Part shown: positions 27,499 through 38,172 of the stretch, piece after piece
How the letters are laid out: each line of letters begins with the position of its first letter
How positions within the stretch are numbered: position 1 is the stretch's first letter
NCBI GenBank assembly: GCA_034669905.1
Contig: JAXMOL010000013.1
Span: 32,001-96,000, forward strand
Length of the DNA stretch: 64,000 bases
From: Candidatus Hydrogenedentota bacterium
GTDB lineage: Bacteria; Hydrogenedentota; Hydrogenedentia; Hydrogenedentales; JAEUWI01
Reading direction: 5' to 3'
Program-made: the position numbers and the translations under genes
The notes under the pieces: model-generated
Database searches by the model: none
What the model was told of the DNA's origin: nothing
What the model saw: only the letters and a program-made list of their open reading frames with translations

Positions 27499-29631
27499 TT
27501 ACGGCCCGGTAAAAAACTGGGGGGTGATGGCAAGTATGCCTTCCTGGTTGATGAGCTCTGCACATTGCAGTAGCTGGAAGGCCGTCTGGGTGCGCTGCGG
27601 GTCGAGACGCTGGAGCAGGGCGATGGGGCTCGTGGGATCCGTCGTTTGAAGGGGTATGCTGAAAGTCCTGCGTGGGGCGTAGGCTTTATTTTCACGGTTA
27701 AATTCCAGATCGCTGGGGTGGTCGCCGCCGCCGAAGAGGAAGTCAATAATGGCTTCGTCCAGGTATTGGGCATCGGGTAAGGGGCGGATATCGTATTCTT
27801 CGAGGTTCACCAAATCGGCGGCGTGGGCGATAGCGTCCTGCAGACCACCCATTTCGTCCACGAGACCGAGTTCGAGGGCCTGTTTGCCGGTAAACACCCG
27901 GCCCCCCGCCATGGCTTCGATGGGTTGGGTCAGTTTGTCGCCCCGGCCGGCCACCACGTGCCCTTTGAAAACCGTGTAGGTGTCGTCCATGTTGTCGACG
28001 ACACGGCGCCGTTGTGCATCCGAGAAGGGCTGGGCAGAGCTGACCCAATCGGCATTGGCACCCCGCTGATAGGGATGCCAGTTCACGCCGATCTTGTCCC
28101 ACAGATCGGACGTGATAATCTTGCCACCCACCACACCAATGGAAGCGGTTATGGTGCCTTCGTTGGCAAAAATCCAGTCGGCGTCGCAGGACACATAATA
28201 GCCGCCGCTGGCAGCAAGATTGGCCATGGAAACCACGACCGGCTTGATCTCTTTTACTTGCTGAACCGCGCGGAGAATGACTTCACTGGCCGTGACGGAA
28301 CCGCCGGGGGAATTCACCCGGAGCACGACCGCCTTAACCGTGTCGTCCGCACCCGCCTGCTCCAGGGCTTTCCGAATGTCGCCACTATAGGCCCCATCCG
28401 ATGCCCCGCGGGCGGAGGACTCGCTATACCCGGGCACAATATTTCCGTTGACAGAGATGATGGCGACACTTTCCCCGACTTCGTTTGTCGGGGGCATTGT
28501 GGGTTCAGCAAACAACAGTTCGATGGGGGCCAGGGGACTGTTGAAATTGATGTCCGGGGGGATGGGCTCATAGTAGTGGTTATCGATGTAGATGTCCGAA
28601 GGGTACTCGGCTTTGATGGATTCCAGGAATGCGTCCAGATGGTGAAGGGAATCGACCAAGCCCCTATCAAGGGCCTCCTCTGCGCTGTAGGGGCCGCCAT
28701 CGATGAGGAGGCGCACTTCGTCGGGGGCCTTGCCGCGTGCTGTCGCGATCCGTTCCACACTACTTTCGTAGAGGCCATCCAGAAGCCAATTCATGGCCTC
28801 TTCGGCTTCTGGACTGGGCTCGGAGCGCGTGGCGATTTCCCCTGCGGATTTATAGTCGCCGATGTGCACGATGTCGGCCTGGACACCCAGCTTGTCGAGT
28901 CCCTCCTTGAGGAAAAGGCCCTCGGTGTAGACGCCCGTGAGATTGATGAAGGACGTGGGCGCGGCGTTAATCTGGCTCGCCCCGGCTATCAGGGCGTAGG
29001 TGTTGGTCGTAAGGAAGGCCTCTTCCATATGGACATAGACCTTCTTATCGGATGCGTCGAGTGCCTGGAAGGCCCGATAGAGTTCTTCGCCATGGGCCTG
29101 GCCCGTCGCGAGGCGGTCCAGGGTAATAATGACGCCTTTTACGGCCTCATCCGTGCGCGCCTTTTCGAGCTTGGACAGGACGCTCCGGATGGACGTGGGC
29201 GCTTCGGAAAAGACGGCCAGCGGGTCGTTCTGGGGTAACTCGCCAAGGTTCCCCTCGAGGTGGAGGTGCACCAAACGATCGGCGTCGTAGCCCACGGGGG
29301 TGGTCCCCGGGTCCACAAGAAAGAGGGGCAGGAATATGAGGATGAAAAGCGGCGCGACAACGAGGCTGACGCAACCGAGTACAAGACTGGCCGTGGCGAT
29401 ATCGTTGCCCGTGAGCCGGGGATTCGACTTAATCTCGCGCCGGGCAATGGCCGCCAGCACAATCGCGGGGATTGCCGTCAGAATCCAAAAGCCGAAACTG
29501 AGGAGGGCGAGCGCCAGGGCGACGAGGGCTTTGGCAGATACCCGCGTCGGGGGCAATGGCGGCACGGGTGGTGGTGTGCCGATGGGGGGCTGTTGGTGGT
29601 GGGATGGTGGTTCGTATTGAAATGCTGACAT
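27499..29631 (-). CDS. sppA: Signal peptide peptidase SppA (67K type) with N-terminal Pro-rich and DUF4190-like membrane domain
   Basis: GDYKSA, RVNSPGGS, AASGGYY, SIGV, GGRVFTG.QA; N-terminal ALVALAL...AIPAIVLAAIARREIK...G. Confidence 0.88.
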   Translation of the reverse strand: MSAFQYEPPSHHQQPPIGTPPPVPPLPPTRVSAKALVALALALLSFGFWILTAIPAIVLAAIARREIKSNPRLTGNDIATASLVLGCVSLVVAPLFILIFLPLFLVDPGTTPVGYDADRLVHLHLEGNLGELPQNDPLAVFSEAPTSIRSVLSKLEKARTDEAVKGVIITLDRLATGQAHGEELYRAFQALDASDKKVYVHMEEAFLTTNTYALIAGASQINAAPTSFINLTGVYTEGLFLKEGLDKLGVQADIVHIGDYKSAGEIATRSEPSPEAEEAMNWLLDGLYESSVERIATARGKAPDEVRLLIDGGPYSAEEALDRGLVDSLHHLDAFLESIKAEYPSDIYIDNHYYEPIPPDINFNSPLAPIELLFAEPTMPPTNEVGESVAIISVNGNIVPGYSESSARGASDGAYSGDIRKALEQAGADDTVKAVVLRVNSPGGSVTASEVILRAVQQVKEIKPVVVSMANLAASGGYYVSCDADWIFANEGTITASIGVVGGKIITSDLWDKIGVNWHPYQRGANADWVSSAQPFSDAQRRRVVDNMDDTYTVFKGHVVAGRGDKLTQPIEAMAGGRVFTGKQALELGLVDEMGGLQDAIAHAADLVNLEEYDIRPLPDAQYLDEAIIDFLFGGGDHPSDLEFNRENKAYAPRRTFSIPLQTTDPTSPIALLQRLDPQRTQTAFQLLQCAELINQEGILAITPQFFTGP

Positions 29632-29747
29632 GGTCGCTGCCCTCTTTCGTCGTGGTTATGCTATTCGGTCGTCTGCTTTTCCCAGGCCGGCGCCCGGACA
29701 GCAAGTCGATAAATCACCGGGAATAACGTACGTCCTTCGTGGAGCAA

Positions 29748-30845
29748 CTACTCCGCGTGATTCAAAGGGTCGCTATCGTCGGCTATACCGGGTGTCCCGT
29801 GCAACGCCGATTGTTTCAGGACGACCAGACTATTTCCATTCCGTGCGCCCACATACAGGAGATCACCGTTGATCGCGGCGCCATAGGTTTTCTTCATAAT
29901 GGGATGGCGCACAGTCGTTATGAAGCGTGGCATTGTCGGGTCGCTGATGTCCACAACGGCGATGCCATCGTCTTCGACCATGGGGAGATAGGCCCGGTTT
30001 CCAGCGACGATACAGCGGTTCGGCTTGCCGAAGCGCTTGTCGCGGAGTGTCGCGACGAGCCGCAGTTCGGGCAGCGCACCAATATCCAAGACGAAGAAGG
30101 CGTTGCTATCCCAATGGACTGCGAAATAGCGGTCATCGACCACTTCGCCGCTGAACTGGCCCGCATGGGGCACGATGAATTCATTCACGACACGGGGCGC
30201 GGTAGGCTCTTGGATGTTTAGCACCGTGAGACGGTTCTCCGCTCCGAAGATGGTGCCCACCAGCGCGTAATCGCCATGGAGCAGGACGCTGAAGGGGCCA
30301 TCCTTACCCCCGGTAACGACGGCACTGCCGACGACCGCCGGGGCCTGTGGATTGCGGACATCCACCACGTAGAGTTTCTTCTCCGTCAGCTGGGCGACGT
30401 AGCAATAACCATTGTGATAGGCGACTTTGTAGAGCACCCCATCGCCCAAGGCAGTGGAACCGAGAAGTCTGGGAGCCGACTTGTCGGTGACATCGACCAC
30501 CAGCAGTCGGCTGTTGCTCTGGGAGGCGAGGTAGGCCGTGTTCCCGTGGAGGGCGAAGCCCGCGGCGGGGCCCAATTCGGGGTGGGTGAAGCTGGACACG
30601 ATTTTGGGATGCGCCGGGTCGTCAAGAGTGCAAATGGTCAGACGCTTCCCTTCGCGACAGGGGAGATAGAGGTAGTTCCCTTCCCGATGGACATCCTCAA
30701 TGCCGCGTAGCTGCACATCGTCCACCAGTTGGGAGACGAAGGGGGCGGGAGGCGTTTCTTCAGCAGTGGCCCGGGGAAGCGTCGCGGTCATCATCGCTAC
30801 CGCGCAAATCGATAGTCCGAAGGAGAACAGGTGCCGTCGGCGCAT
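29748..30845 (-). CDS. Secreted LVIVD-repeat beta-propeller protein
   Basis: Repeats LLVVDVTDKSAP, LYVVDVRNPQAP, IAVVDISDPTMP; signal peptide. Confidence 0.85.
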   Translation of the reverse strand: MRRRHLFSFGLSICAVAMMTATLPRATAEETPPAPFVSQLVDDVQLRGIEDVHREGNYLYLPCREGKRLTICTLDDPAHPKIVSSFTHPELGPAAGFALHGNTAYLASQSNSRLLVVDVTDKSAPRLLGSTALGDGVLYKVAYHNGYCYVAQLTEKKLYVVDVRNPQAPAVVGSAVVTGGKDGPFSVLLHGDYALVGTIFGAENRLTVLNIQEPTAPRVVNEFIVPHAGQFSGEVVDDRYFAVHWDSNAFFVLDIGALPELRLVATLRDKRFGKPNRCIVAGNRAYLPMVEDDGIAVVDISDPTMPRFITTVRHPIMKKTYGAAINGDLLYVGARNGNSLVVLKQSALHGTPGIADDSDPLNHAE

Positions 30846-30936
30846 GGGGTACCTCCAATGGGAGCGGCTCAATGGATGGACTGTTATTCGAGAGTCCTTA
30901 CTTGATGGGTATCAATGGCCCTGACGATAGGGTAGC

Positions 30937-30977
30937 AAAAAGCGGCGTGGAGCGCATCGAACTGCGCACCACGCCGC
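30937..30977 (-). terminator. Probable intrinsic terminator after the DedA gene
   Basis: gcggcgtgg.gcgca / tgcgc.ccacgccgc stem with A5 on the + side. Confidence 0.7.
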
Positions 30978-30987
30978 CGGATGAAGA

Positions 30988-31587
30988 TTAGTGTAACACC
31001 TTCAGCAGGGCGAAGCCGCCAACCAGCAGGATGGTGAAGGCCACGACCAGCAGGTTGAACCACCGGTCGATGAAACCGCGGATGGGTTCTCCAAAGAAGA
31101 AGAGCATGCCGGCGACGAGAAAGAAGCGCGCTGCACGGCCCACGAGGGAAGCCACCATAAACATGGGGAAGGATATCTGAAACACCCCTGCTGCGATCGT
31201 GATGACTTTGTAGGGAATCGGAGTAAAGGCCGCCACAAAGACGATCCAGAAATTATATTGATCGTAGAGACCGCCGACCATGTTGAACTTGTCTTCCGAG
31301 AAGCCGGGTACGTAATTATAGAAGAGCTGATCAACCGCACCCCAGGCTCCCCATCCAATGGCATACCCGATCGCTCCCCCGATGACCGAGCCCGCCGTGC
31401 AGATGGCGGCAAAGCGCAAGGCACTGGCCCGCTTACCCACACAAAGGGGTAGCAGGAGTACATCGGGCGGGATGGGGAAAAAGCTGGCTTCCGCCAGGGC
31501 GAGAAAGAAGAGGGCCACGGACCCGTAGGGCGTTTCGGCCCAGCTCAATACCCAATCATAAAGACTCCGTACCCACTTCATAGTCAT
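30988..31587 (-). CDS. DedA/YqaA-family membrane protein
   Basis: AEASFFPIPPD, FTPIPYKVITIAAG, GRAARFF. Confidence 0.92.
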   Translation of the reverse strand: MTMKWVRSLYDWVLSWAETPYGSVALFFLALAEASFFPIPPDVLLLPLCVGKRASALRFAAICTAGSVIGGAIGYAIGWGAWGAVDQLFYNYVPGFSEDKFNMVGGLYDQYNFWIVFVAAFTPIPYKVITIAAGVFQISFPMFMVASLVGRAARFFLVAGMLFFFGEPIRGFIDRWFNLLVVAFTILLVGGFALLKVLH

Positions 31588-31613
31588 ACCTTCATCGTCA
31601 TTAACGTTTCGGT

Positions 31614-32375
31614 TTACAGTTCAATCGCTGGTTCATAAAAATGATGCAACGCATCATGGTGGGTCACGTCGCGATGTAGGGGCGTGATGCTTACCTTCCC
31701 CGCTTCGATCGCTTCGAAATCCGTGCCCGACTCCATAATGTGGGTCGGTTCATCACCACCAATCCAATAATACACACCGCCCCGGGGGTCTTCCCGACGC
31801 ACGATGTCATCCTGGTAGCTTCGTCGCCCCATACGCGTGATGGCCAGTCCCTTCAAAGCCGCATAGGATACATCCGGAACATTGACATTGAGTAACGTGT
31901 CTGGCGGAAGGCCATTGGCCAACACATAACGGGCCACCTGTGCCGCCACCTGTGCCGCCGTGTCCTGACGCTCTGGCTTGTAGCTCACATCCGAAACGGC
32001 AATGGACGGTACGCCCAGCAGCATCCCTTCGAAGGCCCCGGCCACCGTACCGGAGTACGTCACATCGTCCCCCAGATTGGCCCCGGCGTTGACGCCGGAA
32101 ACCACGAGATCGGGCCGTCGCCCCAGAAGGCTGCGGACCGCCAGCATGACACAGTCGGTGGGTGTACCATCGACCATGTGCCATTCAGGAGCGATTGTCG
32201 TGACACGGAGGGGCCGGTGGAGGGAGACCCCATGGCCCACCGCGCTTTGTTGTCCCTCGGGGGCATAGACTTCGACGTGACCCACTTCGGCCAGGGCCTC
32301 GGCAAGGTATTGGATGCCGGGCGCACGGATGCCGTCATCGTTGGTTACGAGAATGAGGGGTTTGGATTGGGTCAC
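31614..32375 (-). CDS. surE: 5'/3'-nucleotidase SurE
   Basis: ILVTNDDGI, GTPTDCV, SGVNAGANLG, YSGTVAGA, LNVNVP, SITPL. Confidence 0.96.
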   Translation of the reverse strand: MTQSKPLILVTNDDGIRAPGIQYLAEALAEVGHVEVYAPEGQQSAVGHGVSLHRPLRVTTIAPEWHMVDGTPTDCVMLAVRSLLGRRPDLVVSGVNAGANLGDDVTYSGTVAGAFEGMLLGVPSIAVSDVSYKPERQDTAAQVAAQVARYVLANGLPPDTLLNVNVPDVSYAALKGLAITRMGRRSYQDDIVRREDPRGGVYYWIGGDEPTHIMESGTDFEAIEAGKVSITPLHRDVTHHDALHHFYEPAIEL

Positions 32376-32751
32376 AGGGTCATCCTGACATGCGATTGGG
32401 GCCCGGGGAAGCGGTCCTGTTATACCATATGGTGCATTCCCTTATAAAACTTCGAGGCGGTATGCCCCCCTGGTCGGGGGCGTCGGGAGCCCGCCAGGAA
32501 GGTGATTTCGTGCTTTCTTTCGATTCACCGTATCGGATCCGCGGAGAATACGGTATAATCAATCCAATGAGGAGGGGTTATCTACGGCGATTAAAGCCCG
32601 TGACGGCCTGTAGAGACGGAATGTTTCGGCACGAAAAGTTGAGTTTAGTATACATTGTGGGTATAGTCACCCCCGAGCCTGTCAACTTTCTGGCAGTTGA
32701 AGGTGCAGGCGTAAACTGCAGGCCAAAAATAGAAAAGATTGAGGTGCATTG

Positions 32752-33120
32752 ATGGATAAGCCATCAATTCTAATAGTCGATGATGAAGAGAATGTGCGCA
32801 CGGCCCTGGTCCGTTGGTTCAACATTCGGGGGTTTCACGTGTCGCAGGCGGGAGATGGGGTCGAGGCGCTGGAACAGCTTGATGCGGGGCAATTCGACGT
32901 GATAACCATGGATTTAGAGATGCCCCGCATGGGCGGTCTCGAAGCGCTCTTGGAAATCCGCAATCGGGGGGTGGAGGTGCCGATTCTTGTGGTCACGGGC
33001 TATCCCCGGGATGCCGAGGTAGCCTTGCAGCGGGGGGCGTTGAAAGTGCTTCATAAGCCACTGCATTTGCATGAGTTAGAGCGTGAGGTTCGCGAGGCCT
33101 TGGGCGAGGTGAATCCCTGA
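32752..33120 (+). CDS. Single-domain response regulator (receiver)
   Basis: ILIVDDE, MDLEMPRMGG, VTG, KP; GAGG RBS. Confidence 0.92.
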   Translation: MDKPSILIVDDEENVRTALVRWFNIRGFHVSQAGDGVEALEQLDAGQFDVITMDLEMPRMGGLEALLEIRNRGVEVPILVVTGYPRDAEVALQRGALKVLHKPLHLHELEREVREALGEVNP

Positions 33121-33700
33121 GATTCACCGGGGCATCGGGATAAATTCGGGGGCACCCATTCCGGGAACTTTTTCGGTTAAGGGAGTATAGTACCCTTTTG
33201 CCGACGGTGCCCTCCGCATGGCAGTGTTAGAAAGCTCTGGACAAAAAACGGCGGAACTGCTAAAATCAAACCCATAAGCACCCCATTGCATAGTTTTATT
33301 AGATTTCTATGTCAGGTGGACGTTGGTCCTGTGTTTTTTTCGGAACACCAGGCCTGATGGGGTGTAGAGCTGGGTTATGAAGACGTGCTTTCGTCTCAAG
33401 TACCAAGGTGGATTCGTCTCCCCGATGGGTACCGGTACTTGGTAGGGCCACTCGATGGGTGGGCTGATGGGTCGTGATAGGGAGTGCTGATCTTCCCGTG
33501 GGAAGGTGGCTTTCGTCAGATTCGTAGTAGTGACCCGTAGCAGGGGGTCGATTTTCGTCAAGGTTGAGGAATCTGGTCGAATCGTCCGACGCGTGACGTA
33601 TGTGATTGGACATACGTTGGCAAGTGTAGAACCAGCGCTGTAGGCGTGTGATGGAAACAGACCGTGCAAATCTGCAAGACGTTTAGTCTGGGGAGCTACG

Positions 33701-34918
33701 ATGGCAACCAGTAAGAGTAAGGCACCCAAGAAAAAGGCCGCCGCGCCCAAAGCGAAGGCCAAACCCAAGGCGAAAGCGGCCGCCAAACCCAAGGCTGCTG
33801 CCAAGCCTAAGGTCGCCGCCAAACCCAAGGCGAAAGCGGCCGCCAAGGCCAGCCCTTCCCCGGCGAAGAAGGACGGGGCACCCGGAAAGAAGGCTTCCCC
33901 CCCAACGAAGAAGGCCGCTGCCGCGACCCCGCCGCCCCCCCGCGCCACGGGCAAAGTATTATCCCGCAAGTTCATGTTTGGACTCGCCGAAGCCATCAAG
34001 AGCGCGGTCGAGCCCATGGTTCGCCAGGTCAAGGGCCGGGAAGTGGTCGATTTGGCGGTCAGTGGCGACGCCACCTTCGAGATCGATAAGGTCGCAGAGA
34101 AAGCGCTGCTGAATTACCTGAAAGGCCAGCGGGCCCCGGTCGCCTACTATTCCGAAGACTCCGGTTACTCCACCTTTTCATCCGACGCTCCCAAGCACCT
34201 TCTGGTGGTAGATCCCATCGACGGTACCCGGGCGGCCATGAATGGTTTTGAAGGCTGCGTCGTTGCCATTGCCAGTACGCGCATTATCGAGCGGCCCACG
34301 ATGGCCGATGTAGACACGGCCTGCGTCACCGAGATTGTGGGGGAGCGCACCTTCTACGCGGAGCGGGGAAAAGGTACCCGTATTTATGTTGATGGTAAGT
34401 CCAAGAAGCCCCGGATTTCAGAGAATTCCGACCTGGAAACCATGTCTTGGGCCATGACCGTTCCCGGTCGCCCGGCCTCCCTTATCTTCCCCACCGTGGG
34501 ACAACTAATCGATGTTTCCAGCCTCAAGGGCGGCTTCTTTGCCTGTAACAGCACCTCCTTCAGCCTGACCCGACTGCTCACCGATCAGTTGGATGCCTGT
34601 GTCGATTTTGCCTCCCGCTATATGAAAGAGATTCCGGACCTGGTGCGGGACACCTTCATAAACGCCGGTCGCGGTAATGTCATGGGAATTGCTCCCTACG
34701 ATATGGCCGCCGCCCTGTTGCTGGTGGAAGAGGCCGGCTGTGTGGTGACCGACGCCTACGGCAAGGGATTCGAAGATGTTCTGCTGCTGGACAGCTCGGA
34801 AAACAACCACCAGTCGCTCATTGCGGCGTCCAACAAGAAACTCCATGGAACCCTGTTGAAGGTTGTGGACACGCGCGTCCAGCAATATGTCGATGCCATG
34901 CACCGGGCGAAAGGTTAG
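33701..34918 (+). CDS. Inositol monophosphatase family protein with N-terminal histone-H1-like Lys/Ala/Pro extension
   Basis: IDKVAEK, SED, VVDPIDGT, PYDMAAA..LVEEAGCVVTD; first 80 aa or so are AAAKPK repeats. Confidence 0.85.
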   Translation: MATSKSKAPKKKAAAPKAKAKPKAKAAAKPKAAAKPKVAAKPKAKAAAKASPSPAKKDGAPGKKASPPTKKAAAATPPPPRATGKVLSRKFMFGLAEAIKSAVEPMVRQVKGREVVDLAVSGDATFEIDKVAEKALLNYLKGQRAPVAYYSEDSGYSTFSSDAPKHLLVVDPIDGTRAAMNGFEGCVVAIASTRIIERPTMADVDTACVTEIVGERTFYAERGKGTRIYVDGKSKKPRISENSDLETMSWAMTVPGRPASLIFPTVGQLIDVSSLKGGFFACNSTSFSLTRLLTDQLDACVDFASRYMKEIPDLVRDTFINAGRGNVMGIAPYDMAAALLLVEEAGCVVTDAYGKGFEDVLLLDSSENNHQSLIAASNKKLHGTLLKVVDTRVQQYVDAMHRAKG

Positions 34919-35056
34919 GGCGCAGGCGCCCTTGGGGGAAGTTGGGGCGAATAGTTTCCATTTCTTCGTGGTACTATCTGACGGACTGGCGGGGCCTTGC
35001 GGGTCTGGCGCGCCCGACAGGTCGAGACGGTCTGAACCTGTCGAGAGGTACACGCG

Positions 35057-35797
35057 ATGAACACCGTCCGGGAACTGGAATCCAACACAGAACCATCCAC
35101 GATTTTCGATCTACGTGAGGTCTGCAAAGAGTACCAGATGGGCGAGGTGGTGGTACCGGCTTTGCGCGGGGCCACGTTGACGATACGGCGGGGGGAACTG
35201 TTGGTCATTCTGGGGCCAAGCGGCTCGGGGAAAAGCACCCTGCTCAATATCATCGGCGGGCTCGATGCGCCCACTCGGGGCGAGGTCCTCTTTCGGGGTG
35301 ACGATCTGGCGAAATACAACGAGTCCCAGCGTACCCAATATCGCCGCAAGCATATCGGCTTCGTCTTCCAATTCTACAACCTCATGCCCAACCTCACGGC
35401 CGAAGAAAATGTGGAGCTGGCGACGGAAATATCGGTGGACCCCATGAAACCTTCCGAAGCCCTGGAGATGGTGCAACTGGGCCCCCGGCGCACCCACTTT
35501 CCCTCGCAACTTTCCGGTGGCGAACAACAGCGGGTGGCCATTGCCCGTGCGGTGGCAAAGAGGCCAGAGATTCTCCTGTGCGACGAGCCCACCGGCGCCC
35601 TCGATATATCCACCGGCCAGGTGGTGCTGGAGGCCCTGGCGGAGATTAACCGTCGCGTTCAGACCACCGTTATTCTCATTACGCACAACGCCGCCATCGC
35701 CGGTCTGGCCGACCGCGTCATCACCATGCGCGATGGCCATGTCCACGAAATCACGGAGAATCCCCGCCGCAAGTCGGTCGATGAACTGGTGTGGTAA
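35057..35797 (+). CDS. ABC transporter ATP-binding protein (LolD/MacB type)
   Basis: [41 protein letters not shown]. Confidence 0.95.
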   Translation: MNTVRELESNTEPSTIFDLREVCKEYQMGEVVVPALRGATLTIRRGELLVILGPSGSGKSTLLNIIGGLDAPTRGEVLFRGDDLAKYNESQRTQYRRKHIGFVFQFYNLMPNLTAEENVELATEISVDPMKPSEALEMVQLGPRRTHFPSQLSGGEQQRVAIARAVAKRPEILLCDEPTGALDISTGQVVLEALAEINRRVQTTVILITHNAAIAGLADRVITMRDGHVHEITENPRRKSVDELVW

Positions 35798-38169
35798 TCA
35801 GCCCCTTCCATAAAAAGCTTTTCCGGACCATGTACCAATCCTGGCCCCAGTCCCTGGGGGTCGTGGCGGTGGTCATGTGCGGCATTGCAGCCTACATTTG
35901 TGTGTACTCCGCGTATCTCAATCTGAGTCTCACCCGCGACACCTACTATGCCCAGAACCGCTTCGCCGATTTTGAGATCATGGTGGAGCGCGCGCCCGAA
36001 ACGGCCGTCTTCAAGTTAGAGAACCTGCCGGGTATTCGCCAGGTGCGCAAGCGCATCGTGGAAGATGTGAATGTGGACATCGACGGCGTAGACGAGCCCC
36101 GCATCGGACGCCTTATCTCCATGCCTTCTATCAAGACACCCGTAATTAATGATGTGGTCATGTTGCAGGGCCGCTATTTCGAACCGGGCGAACAGCGGGT
36201 GGTCATCCTGAGCGAACACTTTGCCCGGGCCAATGACCTCGATATTGGCGAACGCTTTCAGATCTCGGTGGACAATAAGAAATACAGCCTCAAGGTCATT
36301 GGCGTGGGGGCGTCACCCGAGTTCGTCTACATGATTCCCAACGTGCAGGCCCTCGTGCCCAGTCCCGAACGCTTCGGTATCTTGTGGGTGCCGGAAGAAT
36401 TCGCCGAGACGGCCCTGGACCTGAAGTCGGCCTGCAACAACATCGTGGGGCTGGTGGACGATCCCGACGAACTCGACGCGATTCTCGATGAGGCCGATAA
36501 GCTGCTCGACCCTTATGGCGTCTTTGCCAAGACCAAGCGGGAAAACCAGCTTTCCAACCGCTTTATCTCCGATGAGATTAAGGGCCTGGGCGTATCGGCC
36601 AAGATAATTCCCACCCTCTTTCTCGGTATTGCGGCCCTGATTCTCCTCATCCTGTTGAACCGCATGGTGCGCACGGAGCGGACCCAGATTGGGCTGATGA
36701 AAGCCTTTGGCTACTCCGATTGGGCCGTGGGCTTTCACTACATTGAATACGGACTTATCCTCGCCGTCATCGGGTGTCTGGGCGGTTTTGCACTGGGCCA
36801 ATGGATGGCCGGCGGCATGATCAAGATCTACGTGCAGTTCTACCAATTTCCCATCCTGGAGTCGCGGGTCTATTTTGACGTGCTGACCCGCTCCATGGGG
36901 ATTACCCTGGTGTTTGCCACCCTGGGTGCCCTTACGGCGGCCATACAGGCGGCGCGCATCCAGCCCGCCGAATCCATGCGTGCCGAGGCCCCCAGTCGGG
37001 TGGCCCGCATCTGGCTCGAATACCTGCCCTTTCTCTGGCGTCGCCTCAGCTTCACCTGGAAGATGATTTTGCGCAATATCTCGCGCAATCGCTTCCGCTC
37101 CGCCGTAAACTGTTTTGGCGTGGCCATCTCCCTCAGTCTGCTGCTCATGGGTTTCTTCATGTCGGACTCCATCGAGTTTGGCATGGACTTCCAGTTTCAG
37201 GAGGTGCAACGGGAAGATGTGAAGGTCAGTTTTCAGAAAGAGCAGGGGCGTGATGTGCTCTACGAGGCCATGCGCTTTCCCCATGTTCGCCGTGCCGAAG
37301 GGCTGTTGGAGTACCCCTTTGAGGTCCGGTCCGGGTGGCGCAAGAAAGATATCGTGGTGATAGGGATTGAAAAGGATGCGGAACTGCAGCGCGTCATGGA
37401 TTTCGATCACAAGGTCTTCTCCATGGGGGATAGTGGCATCATTCTGGCCCAAAGTCTCGCTGAGGATCTCGCCGTGGGGCCGGGCGATACCATTACGCTG
37501 GAGCCCCTCATGGGCCGCATTGACCGGGTCTACGAGGTGCCCGTCCGCGCCGTGGCCCAACAATTTGTCGGCACCGCGGCCTATATGGATCAGGGTGCCC
37601 TCAGCCGCTTGCTCGAGGAACCCTATGCCATCACCAGTGCCCTGTTGCGACTCGAATCGGGCAGTCGGGACGAATTCAACAAGACCCTGAAAAACATCGG
37701 TGGCGTGGCAGCGGTCAGTTTCAATACGGATGCTTATCAGTCCATGCAGGACACCATGGGCGCGAGTATGAATATCACCAACACCATCCTCTTGGCTTTC
37801 GCTGGTGTCATCGCCTTTTCAATCATCTACAACGTTACGGCCGTTTCCCTCTCTGAGCGGCAACGGGAGTTGGCGTCCCTGCGGGTGCTGGGTTTGTCCA
37901 TACCGGAAGTGGGCCGTATTATGTACATTGAGAACCTGCTCATGGGCGGGCTCGGGGTGCTCCTCGGCCTTCCCATGGGAATTGGCATCTGCGCCTTGTT
38001 GGTGGAAGCCTACAGCAACGACATGTTTCGTCTGCCTTTTCATATCGCGCGGCAGACCTATGTAACGTCGATTTTATTGACCATGTCCTTCGTTTTCCTG
38101 GCAAACCTGGCGGCCCGCCGCAAGATTCGCCACCTGGATCTGGTCGAAGTGCTTAAGGAACGGGAGTAA
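35791..38169 (+). CDS. ABC transporter permease (duplicated FtsX-like)
   Basis: [13 protein letters not shown] and [13 protein letters not shown]tsX motifs; overlaps the ATPase stop. Confidence 0.9.
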   Translation: MVISPFHKKLFRTMYQSWPQSLGVVAVVMCGIAAYICVYSAYLNLSLTRDTYYAQNRFADFEIMVERAPETAVFKLENLPGIRQVRKRIVEDVNVDIDGVDEPRIGRLISMPSIKTPVINDVVMLQGRYFEPGEQRVVILSEHFARANDLDIGERFQISVDNKKYSLKVIGVGASPEFVYMIPNVQALVPSPERFGILWVPEEFAETALDLKSACNNIVGLVDDPDELDAILDEADKLLDPYGVFAKTKRENQLSNRFISDEIKGLGVSAKIIPTLFLGIAALILLILLNRMVRTERTQIGLMKAFGYSDWAVGFHYIEYGLILAVIGCLGGFALGQWMAGGMIKIYVQFYQFPILESRVYFDVLTRSMGITLVFATLGALTAAIQAARIQPAESMRAEAPSRVARIWLEYLPFLWRRLSFTWKMILRNISRNRFRSAVNCFGVAISLSLLLMGFFMSDSIEFGMDFQFQEVQREDVKVSFQKEQGRDVLYEAMRFPHVRRAEGLLEYPFEVRSGWRKKDIVVIGIEKDAELQRVMDFDHKVFSMGDSGIILAQSLAEDLAVGPGDTITLEPLMGRIDRVYEVPVRAVAQQFVGTAAYMDQGALSRLLEEPYAITSALLRLESGSRDEFNKTLKNIGGVAAVSFNTDAYQSMQDTMGASMNITNTILLAFAGVIAFSIIYNVTAVSLSERQRELASLRVLGLSIPEVGRIMYIENLLMGGLGVLLGLPMGIGICALLVEAYSNDMFRLPFHIARQTYVTSILLTMSFVFLANLAARRKIRHLDLVEVLKERE

Positions 38170-38172
38170 ACC

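Noticed and set aside
30988..32375. surE-yqaA without pcm/nlpD
   Set aside because: Ordinary variation of a known gene neighbourhood
32691..32706. Possible sigma54 promoter before the response regulator
   Set aside because: GG to GC spacing is 11 rather than 10
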